Of a stretch of DNA of 64,000 nt, positions 40,283 to 50,737 are shown piece by piece. Source of the stretch: Polymyxa betae A26-41 (taxonomy: Eukaryota; Protista; Endomyxa: Phytomyxea); NCBI GenBank assembly GCA_003693705.1, contig RBZT01000995.1:1-64000 (forward strand), given 5' to 3'. The translations under genes were made by a program, and so were the position numbers. The notes beneath the pieces were generated by a model. The model worked only from the letters and a program-made list of their open reading frames with translations. It ran no database searches and had not been told where the DNA came from. The stretch's first letter is position 1. The number at the start of each line of letters is the position of its first letter.

Positions 40283-42781
40283 ATGTTATCATCAGTTGAG
40301 ATAAGCATACCCAGAAGACCTGGTCTTGGAACACGAGGCAAACGGATCCACCTGATCACTAATTTTTTTGAAATTAGTCGTGTTCCATCAGCTGATATTC
40401 ATATGTATAATGTACAGATTATACCAGATGTTCCTCGACCTATTAAACGTCGTATCGTTTTGACACTTCGTGACCAACAGAAGGATTTATTTGAAGGTGG
40501 TCTTCCAGCCTACGATGGTGAAGCGACGTTATATTGCTCTCGGAAAATGAGATGGAATGAACGATCCGAGACAGTAAAACTTGCAGATCGTCGTGATCAA
40601 TTCGCTGTTAAACTTGAACATGTTTCTATAGTTAATATGGCTCATCTTCATCAATATCTTTCTGGTGGTAATGTTGATATGCCACAAGATTGTATTCATG
40701 CATTAGATGTGATCTCTAGAACAACACCATTAGCTACATGTACATCTATTGGATCATCATTCTTTTCTGGACGTCAAACACATCCATTAGATTCTGGCTC
40801 AGAGATATGGTTTGGTTATCATCAATCACTTCGTCCAGCACATAATCGATTATTAATCAATCTGGATGTAGCAGCAACGTGCTTTCATCGTCCACAACCT
40901 GTATTAGAATTAGTTCAAGCTATAATCAAAACGGATTTGCATCAAATCGATGCATCAAATCGTGTTGCACTTCGATCAAATCTGATTGGAGTCAAGATCT
41001 ACGTCACCCATCGTGGCGATCAGAAACGCAAATATCGAATTCGTGATGTTGCTAAAGAATCTGCTGAGCAACTGACATTCAAGATCGAAGATGCGAATGA
41101 AAGTCGCCTAACAAATGTCTCGAAATATTTCCATGATCGTTACAATCATCGTTTAGAATATCCTCGACTTCCATTACTTATGGTTGGTACCAAAGACAAG
41201 CCAACATATCTTCCAATGGAAGTCTGTCATATATGTGGTGGTGAACGAATATCAAAGAAGCTGGCGCCAGCACAGACAGCAGCAATGATTAAGAAGACAG
41301 CCGCTAAGCCTCAGGTTCGTCTCGATATGATCAACAAATCGGTTGCTGAACGCAGCTATGGTCGAGACCCAATTATGAATGAATTCGGCTTGAAAATCAA
41401 GCAAGATATGATTGAGATTTATGGACGAGTTCTAGGTCCACCTACGATTATGTATTCACCAAAATCTAAGCGACCATCGATTCAACCTGAACTTGGTAGT
41501 TGGCAACCTCGAGATGTAACATTCTTCTCATCACCACCTGTTAACAGTTGGGGTGTTCTGGTCTTAGAGAGACGTGCACGTCCTGAACAGGTTAATAGAT
41601 TTCTATCATCTTTAAATGAACTGGGTAAAAATCTCGGCGTTGTATTCAAGAAGCCAGTTATTAATGCATTTCATGAACGTACTGGACATATTCATTATCA
41701 TGATGCATTACAACGTGCTGTAAAAGATGTTACCGATACGAATCGATCTCCTTGTCAGCTTATGTTGATCATTCTACCATTTGATGATCCTAATGCATAT
41801 GGTGAAATCAAACGAATCTGTGATACAATTCTGGATGTTCCTACACAATGTATGTTATCTAAACATATACAGAAAGCAGATCGAGCATACTGCTCTAATC
41901 TCTTACAGAAAATTAATACGCGAATTGGTGGCATCAACAGCGTCCTGAATAATGCTGTATCTCATGAATTCTTATTTAAAAAACCGGCCATAATATTTGG
42001 TGCAGACGTATCACATGCTGCCCCATTTTCGAGTTTACCATCTCTAGCAGCTGTACTTGCTTCAATGGATGCTTATCCATACAAGTATGCATGCGAAACT
42101 CGGGCACAGAAATCACGTCAAGAACTGATCGAACAGCTCAAAGAAATGGCGAGGAACTTGCTGCTGAAGTTCTATAAGGTAACCAAGGGCAAGAAACCAG
42201 AACGAATTCTGTTCTATCGTGATGGTGTCTCAGAAGGTCAATTTGATCAAGTTCTGAAGCATGAACTGGCATCACTTCGTAAAGCTTGTGATGAGCTTGA
42301 AGCTGGATACACACCCAAAATCACATTCGTTGTGGTTCAGAAGCGGCATCATGCCCGGTTCTTTGTTAGTCCTAGCTCAGCAGCAGCAGCCGACCGATCT
42401 GGCAATGTTCCTGCTGGTACTGTGGTTGACACTGATATCGTTCATCCGAGACAGTTTGACTTCTATCTGGTCTCTCATGGCGGTATTCAGGGAACTTCAA
42501 GACCAACACACTATCATGTTTTATTTGACGAGAATCAGTTCACTGCTGATATGCTGCAGGATCTCACATATCGACAATGCTATACGTATTCGAGATGCAC
42601 GAGGTCGGTATCGCTGGTCCCAGCTGTGTATTATGCTCATCTGGCAGCTTTCCGAGCTCGGTTCCACATGAAAGCAGACGAATCAGAGTTCCTGTCAGGA
42701 TCGACTTCCGAGCTTGCATCTGCAGCGATGGCAGTTCCTGTTGTAAGAGATCGCACAGGATCTCAGATGTATTTCGTATGA
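40283..42781 (+). CDS. AGO: Argonaute (AGO clade) paralog A, 832 aa, intronless CDS
   Basis: N (RPGLG..TNFF), L1 (GYHQSLRP), PAZ (YLPMEVC), MID (YGEIKR..TQC..KIN) and PIWI (GADVSH, QELI, YRDGVSEGQF, YYAHLAA) domains; C-terminal MYFV. Confidence 0.98.
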   Translation: MLSSVEISIPRRPGLGTRGKRIHLITNFFEISRVPSADIHMYNVQIIPDVPRPIKRRIVLTLRDQQKDLFEGGLPAYDGEATLYCSRKMRWNERSETVKLADRRDQFAVKLEHVSIVNMAHLHQYLSGGNVDMPQDCIHALDVISRTTPLATCTSIGSSFFSGRQTHPLDSGSEIWFGYHQSLRPAHNRLLINLDVAATCFHRPQPVLELVQAIIKTDLHQIDASNRVALRSNLIGVKIYVTHRGDQKRKYRIRDVAKESAEQLTFKIEDANESRLTNVSKYFHDRYNHRLEYPRLPLLMVGTKDKPTYLPMEVCHICGGERISKKLAPAQTAAMIKKTAAKPQVRLDMINKSVAERSYGRDPIMNEFGLKIKQDMIEIYGRVLGPPTIMYSPKSKRPSIQPELGSWQPRDVTFFSSPPVNSWGVLVLERRARPEQVNRFLSSLNELGKNLGVVFKKPVINAFHERTGHIHYHDALQRAVKDVTDTNRSPCQLMLIILPFDDPNAYGEIKRICDTILDVPTQCMLSKHIQKADRAYCSNLLQKINTRIGGINSVLNNAVSHEFLFKKPAIIFGADVSHAAPFSSLPSLAAVLASMDAYPYKYACETRAQKSRQELIEQLKEMARNLLLKFYKVTKGKKPERILFYRDGVSEGQFDQVLKHELASLRKACDELEAGYTPKITFVVVQKRHHARFFVSPSSAAAADRSGNVPAGTVVDTDIVHPRQFDFYLVSHGGIQGTSRPTHYHVLFDENQFTADMLQDLTYRQCYTYSRCTRSVSLVPAVYYAHLAAFRARFHMKADESEFLSGSTSELASAAMAVPVVRDRTGSQMYFV

Positions 42782-42823
42782 TTAATAGATCCGATCAACG
42801 TTAAACTGTGAATGATTCTTATA

Positions 42824-43994
42824 TTAAGACATTTCTCCTATATTAGATACTGGAATATGATCTGGATGTCTTCTGACTTTAGGCCCACCGAAATCTCTCA
42901 GCATCGACCGACCAAACACTTCCCAGACATCCTCACTGTTATTGATGGAATTCATGTAGGTCATGATATCATCAAGCGATAGCTTGTCCTTATCGGCAGC
43001 ACCTAACGTCCCGAACAATCTCTCCACGAAACTGTTCACCAGATCGACTGTCACCTCATCTGGTTCTAACATACAGCTAGATAGCAACATTGTGTATAAG
43101 TCACCCCGAGACACAAACCCATCTCCATCGAGATCATAGGTTCGTAAGAAGAATGTCATCTTCTTACTCTGGTTGCCCTTCTCTAGTGCACTCATTGCTG
43201 ATAAAAACTCGGGCCATTCAATACAACCGGACCCATCCTGACAACAGTTCATGAATAACCCATTAGTTTTGAAGAAACTTTACCTCGTCTACAAGATCAA
43301 AAACTCGATCAACGAACAGATCGTCTTCAACAGCTAGACGAGCGACTCCTTTTTTGAACGTGGCCTTGTCGATTCCATTGGGGAATGGGGACATGGAGCA
43401 CAGGGCCTTATATCGAACATACATAACATAAAGCTCACGACGATCATAATTTGTCTGATTTAGGAGCCCTTTGATATCACGTTGCGATAAGAAGCCGTGG
43501 ATCTTTGAAACACGATTCGCTTTTGTTAACGTTTGCGACTGTTTCCTTTCAGTTTCGTGGACTTTTGAAGATGGTTTCAGATGTTGAAATCGCCTCCATA
43601 GAATTGCTGTCCTTTTTATATGACCTCCCAAATCAGTCATGTAAACATTTCTCAGAGCTGACTCTAGCTGAATTTTTCGTTGGTTTGCAGGTTTGTTATT
43701 TAAAGATTTGATGACAGGAAGACCCATATCTCGTGGATGCGTTGATGAATCATATTGTAATCGCAAGCGGGAAACAATGCCAGCCAATCTACTACGATCG
43801 GGATCCAAGCAATATCGCCTGGGGCTAGTAGACGAAAGACGTTCGGTTGTCGGTTTGCTGCCAAAACGGTGTTCACGAGACCGAAGCTGAGGAGGTTCTG
43901 CAGATTTAATTTGGACGGGTACATTCTCAATCAAGAAATTAGATATCCGCTTGCTATGGATATAGTGTCGGCATGATAATAACCCATTATCCAT
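42824..43994 (-). CDS. EF-hand calcium sensor, NCS/calaxin-like, with long basic N-terminal extension
   Basis: DDLFVDRVFDLVDE/DGSGCIEWPEF and YDLDGDGFVSRGDL EF-hands joined by one intron. Confidence 0.85.
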
Positions 43995-44150
43995 CTGACA
44001 ATTACCGCATGCCCTCTCCCAACCTGATAGGTCGAATCAGAAATATCTTCCACAACCTTAAGATCAATGCGATTTCACAATGCAACAAACGGAAACCAAA
44101 GGTGATGTTTATTCAATATAATCGAAGCAATAATAAAAGTAATTAACAAC

Positions 44151-46667
44151 TCAGATGAAGTACATCTGGGAAGCAGTACGACCCATAACAGTGGGAATGG
44201 CACCGGAAGTAGACGACGCCTCGGAGGCAGAGCCAGACTTGGCTTCAAATTCATCAGCCTTAGAATGGTATCGGGCGCGGAAAGCTGCGAGATGAGCATA
44301 ATAGGCGGCAGGAACAAGCGAAACCGAACGGGTACAGCGGGCGAACATGTAGCATTGACGATTGGTGAGATCTTGCAACAAGTCAGGGGTGAAGTTGTTC
44401 TCGTCAAAAATGCAGTGATAGTGAGTGGGACGAGAAGTTCCCTGAATTCCACCATGTGCAACTAGATAGAAATCGAACTGACGAGGATGAACGACGCCAG
44501 TGTCGACAACGGTACCAGCAGGGACGTTACCAGAGCGATCAGCATCACGAGCAGAAGAACCGGTGACGAAAAAACGAGCGTGATGACGTTTCTGGACGAT
44601 GACAAAGGTGATCTTCGGCGTATAACCAGCCTCTAATTCATTACAAGCGGTACGGAGGGCGTTCAATTCATGCTTGAGGACATACTCAAACTGACCTTCG
44701 GAAACACCATCACGGTAAAACAGGATACGTTCTGGCTTCTTGCCGCGCGTAGACATGTAGAAGCGCTTCAGCAAATTCATGGCCATGGACTTCAAGTCTT
44801 GGATAATCTCCTGACGACCCTTCTGGGCGCGGGTCTCGACTTCATAACGGAAAGGGTAAGCATCCATTGAAGCAACAACAGCAGCAAGAGACGGAAGCTT
44901 TGAATAAGGAGCAGCGTGCGAAACATCGGCACCAATGACAATAGCGGGCTTAGAGAATAAGAAATCAGACGAAGGAGACGGGCTTAAAATGCTGTTGACA
45001 CCACCAGTACGGGCGTTAATCTTGAGAAGCAGATTACGAGCGTACATCGGATCGGCCTTCTGCAGATGCTTCGACTGCATGCATTGAGAAGGAACATCAA
45101 GAACGGTGTCACAAACGCGCTTGATCTCTCCATAGGCTGAAGGATCACCGAAAGGCAAAATGATAAGCAAAAGCTGACACTGGCCCTGGGTGGTCTGCTG
45201 AACTTGCTGGATAGCACGCATGATAACCTCCTGATAATTAGGGGCACCACGGCCTTGGGGACGATGAGGAATGACGACAGGTCGTTGAAAAGCAACACCG
45301 TGCTCCTTTCCGGCGCCGTTCAGAACGCTAAGGAAGTTCATGACTTCATTCTCACGAGCACGAGATTCCAAGACCAAGCAGCCCCAGTGGTTGATCGGGT
45401 TCGAGACGTACATTTGGGCATCACGAGGCTGCCAAACACCCAGGTTTGGCTTGACGGCCTTGTTGCGGGAGTGAGGACTGTAAGAGATTGTGGGTGGTTC
45501 AAGAACACGACCGTCGATTTGCAGAGGCTGGGGGTTGACACGAATGCCAAAGTCTTTCAAGGCAGGGTCACGATCATATGAACGCTCGTTAACAGCATTT
45601 TGAACGTTCTGAAGCCGGATGTTGGGCTTGGCAGCTGTCTTTTTAATCATGGCCGCGGTTTGAGCAGGAGCCAGCTTTTTAGTGATACGCTCTCCTCCCA
45701 AAACATTGCAAACCTCCATAGGAAGATAGGTTGGTTTCTCCCTGCTACCAACGACCAATAAAGGCAGGTTCGGGTATTGCAAACGGGTCTGATAGCGCTG
45801 TTGGAAGTACTCGGCGACATTAGTACGGCGCGTTCCAGATTCTTCGGGGATATCAAATTGGAGTTGGAGAGGGTTTTCCTTTGCGATATCGCGAATGATA
45901 TAGCGGCGCTTGCAGTCACCACGATGAGTGACGACGACCTTCACACCAGCCAGTTCAGCACGAATCGCAGGACGGTTCGCATCACCGATTTGGTCCAGGG
46001 ATTTCTTGGTCACGCTCGCAACCAACTCGACGACAGGCTGGGGACGGTGGAAGCAGGTAGCGGCAACATCCAGGTTAACCAACAGACGACCATGAGCAGG
46101 GCGAAGCGATTGGTGATAGCCAAACCAAATTTCTGCTCCAGCATCGAGAGGTGCAGTGTTCTTTCCAGAGAAGAACGACGATCCAATACTGGTGCAAGTA
46201 GCGATTGGTGTCGTACGAAGGACGACATCCAGGGCCTGAATAGCATCTTGCGGAATGTCGACATCTTGACCAGCAAGGAAGGCATGCAGAGTGGACATGC
46301 TAACAACAGCAACATGCTCAAGCTTGACGGTGAACTTGTCACGACGATCAGGCAAGTCGACGACTTCAACCCGGCTGCTCCATGACATGCGCTTAGGATA
46401 GTAAAGGGACGCTTCACCATCATAAGCGGGTGTCAAGTTGCCTTCAAACAAATCGAGGCAGTTGCTGCGGAGGTGGGCCATGATCATGCGATTAATGGTC
46501 TTGGGAACAGCCGGCGTGATCTGAACATTGTACATGTGCAGGTCGGCAGAGGGGACAACCGGGACCTCAAAGAAATTTGTGACAAGCTGGATGCGACGGC
46601 CGCGGGTGCCGGCACCAGGACGCTTCGGCATAAAGGCCGGGTTGGAGGTGATAAGTTCAGTCGACAT
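44151..46667 (-). CDS. AGO: Argonaute (AGO clade) paralog B, 838 aa, intronless CDS
   Basis: Same domain set as paralog A: GADVSH, QEII, YRDGVSEGQF, YYAHLAA; C-terminal MYFI. Confidence 0.98.
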   Translation of the reverse strand: MSTELITSNPAFMPKRPGAGTRGRRIQLVTNFFEVPVVPSADLHMYNVQITPAVPKTINRMIMAHLRSNCLDLFEGNLTPAYDGEASLYYPKRMSWSSRVEVVDLPDRRDKFTVKLEHVAVVSMSTLHAFLAGQDVDIPQDAIQALDVVLRTTPIATCTSIGSSFFSGKNTAPLDAGAEIWFGYHQSLRPAHGRLLVNLDVAATCFHRPQPVVELVASVTKKSLDQIGDANRPAIRAELAGVKVVVTHRGDCKRRYIIRDIAKENPLQLQFDIPEESGTRRTNVAEYFQQRYQTRLQYPNLPLLVVGSREKPTYLPMEVCNVLGGERITKKLAPAQTAAMIKKTAAKPNIRLQNVQNAVNERSYDRDPALKDFGIRVNPQPLQIDGRVLEPPTISYSPHSRNKAVKPNLGVWQPRDAQMYVSNPINHWGCLVLESRARENEVMNFLSVLNGAGKEHGVAFQRPVVIPHRPQGRGAPNYQEVIMRAIQQVQQTTQGQCQLLLIILPFGDPSAYGEIKRVCDTVLDVPSQCMQSKHLQKADPMYARNLLLKINARTGGVNSILSPSPSSDFLFSKPAIVIGADVSHAAPYSKLPSLAAVVASMDAYPFRYEVETRAQKGRQEIIQDLKSMAMNLLKRFYMSTRGKKPERILFYRDGVSEGQFEYVLKHELNALRTACNELEAGYTPKITFVIVQKRHHARFFVTGSSARDADRSGNVPAGTVVDTGVVHPRQFDFYLVAHGGIQGTSRPTHYHCIFDENNFTPDLLQDLTNRQCYMFARCTRSVSLVPAAYYAHLAAFRARYHSKADEFEAKSGSASEASSTSGAIPTVMGRTASQMYFI

Positions 46668-47362
46668 GATCGAAACCAGACAAGTAGATCAAATGAGCTA
46701 CGAGCTTCGATCAGCACATAAACAGACACACAGGCAATGAAGACTACTTGAGAGATAACAACAACGACGACGTAGACCCGACAAAAGATGCGTCAGTCAC
46801 GCTGAACTTGCAAGCGCGTAGCCTGCTCTCAACAAGATGTTACACTCGGTTGCAGAAGATTAGCGCTTTCCAGTATAAATATCATGACAGTAGCGGCCTC
46901 TTGTGACTGAGTGATAAGTGTCCATCCCTACCCAGTCACCAGTACAGTCGTTCAACCAATTGTTTAGGTACCATGGGTTGCATGGCGATTTAAGATGCAG
47001 CCTCCTAACAGCTGTATCTGTGTATCTGGCATCTGTTATGCGTGTATCACCTGCATATGAACGGCAAACTGCATGCCACTGCTCACATCGTAACGCGCTG
47101 GACCTACCGTACGTCTATCTCGCCAAGGCTTGGTTCAGCACTTCTTGCATTAGCGTTTATACCATTCGAGACTTTTAGAAATTAATTTAAACGTAATACA
47201 CGACCGTTTTTGATATGAACGTTGCTGTTAACTTGATTGCGTGCGATTATCGATTGATCGTAATGGCGCAGGCAATGGATCAAAGTTCTTACCCGAAAGT
47301 GATGAATTCTCTCTTATTGATCTATCTATATTGCGCAGGAGATTTGTAAGCGGGTTCTGGGC

Positions 47363-48371
47363 ATGTCGAGTAAGAAGCAGCTTGAACGGCTCGATATGGA
47401 GTTTCAGGCGGCGGTCGACTGCATAACCCGATCTAAAATCAAGGTTTCCAATCAGGCTAAGCTCAAGCTCTACGCATTGTATAAGCAAGCTACTGTCGGT
47501 CGTTGCAATGTCGCCAGGCCCAGATTTCTGGATTTCACCGGCAAAGCCAAATGGGACGCTTGGAACGCTTTAAGCAATATGAGGTATGTTCCTTGCTCTC
47601 GATTGTACCTAGAGTAATTTGTTTTCAGCCAAGATCAGGCTAAATTGAAGTACGTAATGGTTGCCAGAAAGATGCTTCAAGGTGGAAAGCCATCACGTGA
47701 AGAAGACGATTATGGTGGTGGTGTTGTCACAACAGGCGTGCTTGCACCTGCTGTTAGCCGCATGGCATTTGAGCCTGAAGAGTACTTATCAATTCATAGC
47801 GCTTTCATTGGGTTCTATATAGGGCTTACATTTCAAATGTTTCAGATGTCTTAGCTTACTTGAGTTGTTTTCTGTCTACAACGTTTACATATTTAACTAA
47901 AACGACTGTTTGGCATTTACCGAATTTATGGCCTGCTCATAATTGTACAGAGAGTGCGACCTGAACAGCATCTGGGATCTTGCATGCGATAACAAAATCG
48001 AGATGATCAAAAAGCTGTTAGATACTGACATTGTTCCGGTTGACGCTCGTGATGAGCACGGTTGTAGGTACACGTATCTGCCAGCTTGGGAATTTTTACT
48101 CAGATTTGGCAGTGCCTTACATTTAGCTTGTGATCGGGGCCATGCTGATCTAGCCCGGCTATTGCTCGGAAAGTACCATGCAAATGTTAATCTACAAGAT
48201 AAATCGGGCTGTACGCCTCTTCATTACGCCGTTTGTTGCAATCGTCCCGAGATTGCCCATATCTTAATGAGCCATGGTGCCAATCCGATCATACAGGATA
48301 ATGAAGGACATTTGCCCATATCCAGTGCAGGGCCCGAAGTCGCTGCTGTCTTTAGCCATTATGGCAACTAA
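47363..48371 (+). CDS. Acyl-CoA-binding plus ankyrin-repeat protein (ACBD6-like)
   Basis: KLKLYALYKQATVG..GKAKWDAW ACB domain; ALHLACDRGH and TPLHYA ankyrin repeats; three introns. Confidence 0.9.
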
Positions 48372-48727
48372 GATGATTCCTGCGCTGGTACTACACATGG
48401 CATTATCAATTCTTCATCTTGCATCTACAGAAAGCGACCAAACCCGAACAATATTCTATTGTACATGAAAGAATCCCTTTAGTGAGACCTGCTCTCCAGT
48501 AATAAACATTACGTAAAACATTGATAATAACAATTTTATTAGCATTTTTGTAGATTTTTTGCCAATTGCTTATTTTTGAATTCGGTAAAATTGCAAAAGT
48601 GCGAGGTCGGACTGCGCAGAAACTTGCGGACCTAATGATGGATGTCTGAGTTGGAATTTTTTGATCTGGGGGTTCCCGAACAACAATCCCAGCTGATTAG
48701 ACAATGCTTTAAGCCTGTCCCATAAAC

Positions 48728-49795
48728 ATGGTCGGGATCGCGATTCATAACCCGATCTTCGACGTCAACGACACCGGCTTTCAGCTAAATGGCCTAAACC
48801 TGGACAATGACCAACAGCTACCCGGTTTGAATCTTGAAGTGCTCCAGCGCATCACCTCAATCTTGGCGCTGCTCCAAATCCCTAAGACTATCCATCCAGA
48901 ATGCATCATCGTTTTCCGATTATTTTTGCAACGCCTGATACAGGGTAACCCAAACAAAGCTGCAGAGCGCCCTCGATTCGAAACTGCCGTTACCGCCTGC
49001 GCGGTGATTGTGGCTCGATCGCATCATGTACCAATGTCAATCTCAGATGCTGCTGCTTGGGCCAGTATTGACATCGGGCTATTACAGACTACATATTACC
49101 AGATTGCTAGTCTGGTCTCTGATCGGATTCATGTTTGTCCATCGCGTCCCAGCATCTACTTTCCCCGAATTTTTCACGCAGCTCGCTTTTCAGATCTCAA
49201 AGTATTGCAGGTCGCGGAGCAATTGCTCTCAATTTGTCTCCGCGAACTGATTGTGCTGGGGAGACCGAGCTCTGCTATAGCTGGAGCTGTCATCAGCGTC
49301 GCTTTCCGTTCTGTCCATAGGACCCCATTGGCCCCCGAACAAATCTCTCGCATCGAATCCGAGCTAAATCTAACGACGATTAGTTCTGATATCAATTATG
49401 TTATGGCGTCGTTAGCTCGTTTGGCATCTCTACTCCCCTTCAATGTCCCATTCGGCCCCGATTCTCTTGACCTCTACTTGCCCGAGCTTATCTTCCATTT
49501 AGATCAGCTTAGCTGTATTGTGAATTCAGATCCAGAGTCCACTCGTGGCTTGGGACCTTTCATTACACCTGATGTCATCACCAGGATCGAGGTGGCTCAG
49601 GCTGTAATCTGGATAGCTCGTCATATGCAGGCCGGCTCAGTGTATATTGGCGAACTTCCAATTGATATTCTGTCAAATGAAATTGGGTTGTTTGGGTCGG
49701 GCCCCAATCCCCATTTGGAGGCCGCCGTTCGCTCATTGATACAGAAATCCGTTCCATTGATATCCATTTTGAATGGAGAATATCGCCTCTGTTAA
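48728..49795 (+). CDS. TFIIB/Brf-related cyclin-fold transcription factor, no zinc ribbon visible
   Basis: RFETAVTACAVIVAR...P.SISD, PSIYFPRI and LGRPSSAIAGAVISVA resemble the two TFIIB cyclin repeats. Intronless. Confidence 0.65.
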   Translation: MVGIAIHNPIFDVNDTGFQLNGLNLDNDQQLPGLNLEVLQRITSILALLQIPKTIHPECIIVFRLFLQRLIQGNPNKAAERPRFETAVTACAVIVARSHHVPMSISDAAAWASIDIGLLQTTYYQIASLVSDRIHVCPSRPSIYFPRIFHAARFSDLKVLQVAEQLLSICLRELIVLGRPSSAIAGAVISVAFRSVHRTPLAPEQISRIESELNLTTISSDINYVMASLARLASLLPFNVPFGPDSLDLYLPELIFHLDQLSCIVNSDPESTRGLGPFITPDVITRIEVAQAVIWIARHMQAGSVYIGELPIDILSNEIGLFGSGPNPHLEAAVRSLIQKSVPLISILNGEYRLC

Positions 49796-49851
49796 CTTTA
49801 TATAATAAATATATTGAAGGTTCTCAGCCAACGATTTCGACATTGCTGGCT

Positions 49852-50463
49852 TCACAAAGATCCGATTTCCCGCTCTGCACCTGATGGAATAGCTCGGCGA
49901 ATTGCGTCCATCGGCTCCTGAATTCTGACTTCAAAGCGATCAGTCCTTGTTGAAGGCATGAACGTAAGAGCATGCGGTACCTGACGAATACATTTCACAT
50001 CGCGAGGACGTATTGTGGCGATTAAATGATGCCGTACTGCGCGTCGAAGGATTTCGGATCCTGTGATATCTCTCACGCCGTATTTCAAATCGAATTGGAT
50101 ATTGCAGAAGTCCATCGAGGCGTCTTCATTTGTAGTCCCTGATATCCGATAACTCATTATAGGGAAATTAAGTAATTCCTTACCGATGTATTTACTGGCG
50201 AAAGCAGGCCTCAAAATATTCACTATAAGATTTTAATTGGAGCTCCAACGACAATAAATAGCGTTTTGCATACTCAACATATCGCAACAATCGCTGACGA
50301 ATTGATCGATTTCGGACGAGAGCAGATAGCCATCGCTGTCGGTATCATATTCGTTCCACAACCTTTCCATCGTCCTCTCGTCGATATCATAAAGGCGGGA
50401 TAAGTTCGCAGACAGAAAATTCACCCGGAACCCTGGGCTGTTTTTCAGGGGGAGACTCTTCAT
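49852..50463 (-). CDS. Hypothetical protein with one EF-hand
   Basis: YDTDSDGYLLSSEI EF loop; two ORF segments separated by an intron-sized gap. Confidence 0.5.
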
Positions 50464-50737
50464 GCAACATTGACTCCACCTTCACGTTCCATCAACTTTC
50501 TTTTCCAAAACCGCGCTCTCATGATCTAATAAAAAACGAAGTTCTCCTTCGAAGTTTCTCCTGGGACTGACACGTGACAATGTTACACAGTTGATGGAAA
50601 AGTCGTCCAGTAAAAAAAGGAGCATTTTTGACTGTAAACTGTAAAACTATTTACACAGTCATGTTACTAAATCAGGGTGAGAGCTCTACTTCAGTGCGGG
50701 GATTTTCCTCATCAAACATATCATATTTCGTCTGATA

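Noticed and set aside
40283-46667. Prokaryotic Argonaute defence operon
   Set aside because: Both proteins are eukaryotic AGO-clade with full N-PAZ-MID-PIWI, flanked by intron-containing eukaryotic genes. No APAZ, SIR2, TIR or nuclease partner is present.
44075-46740. Many antisense and alternate-frame ORFs over AGO-B (e.g. 45777-46385)
   Set aside because: Shadow ORFs expected from strong codon bias; no motifs.
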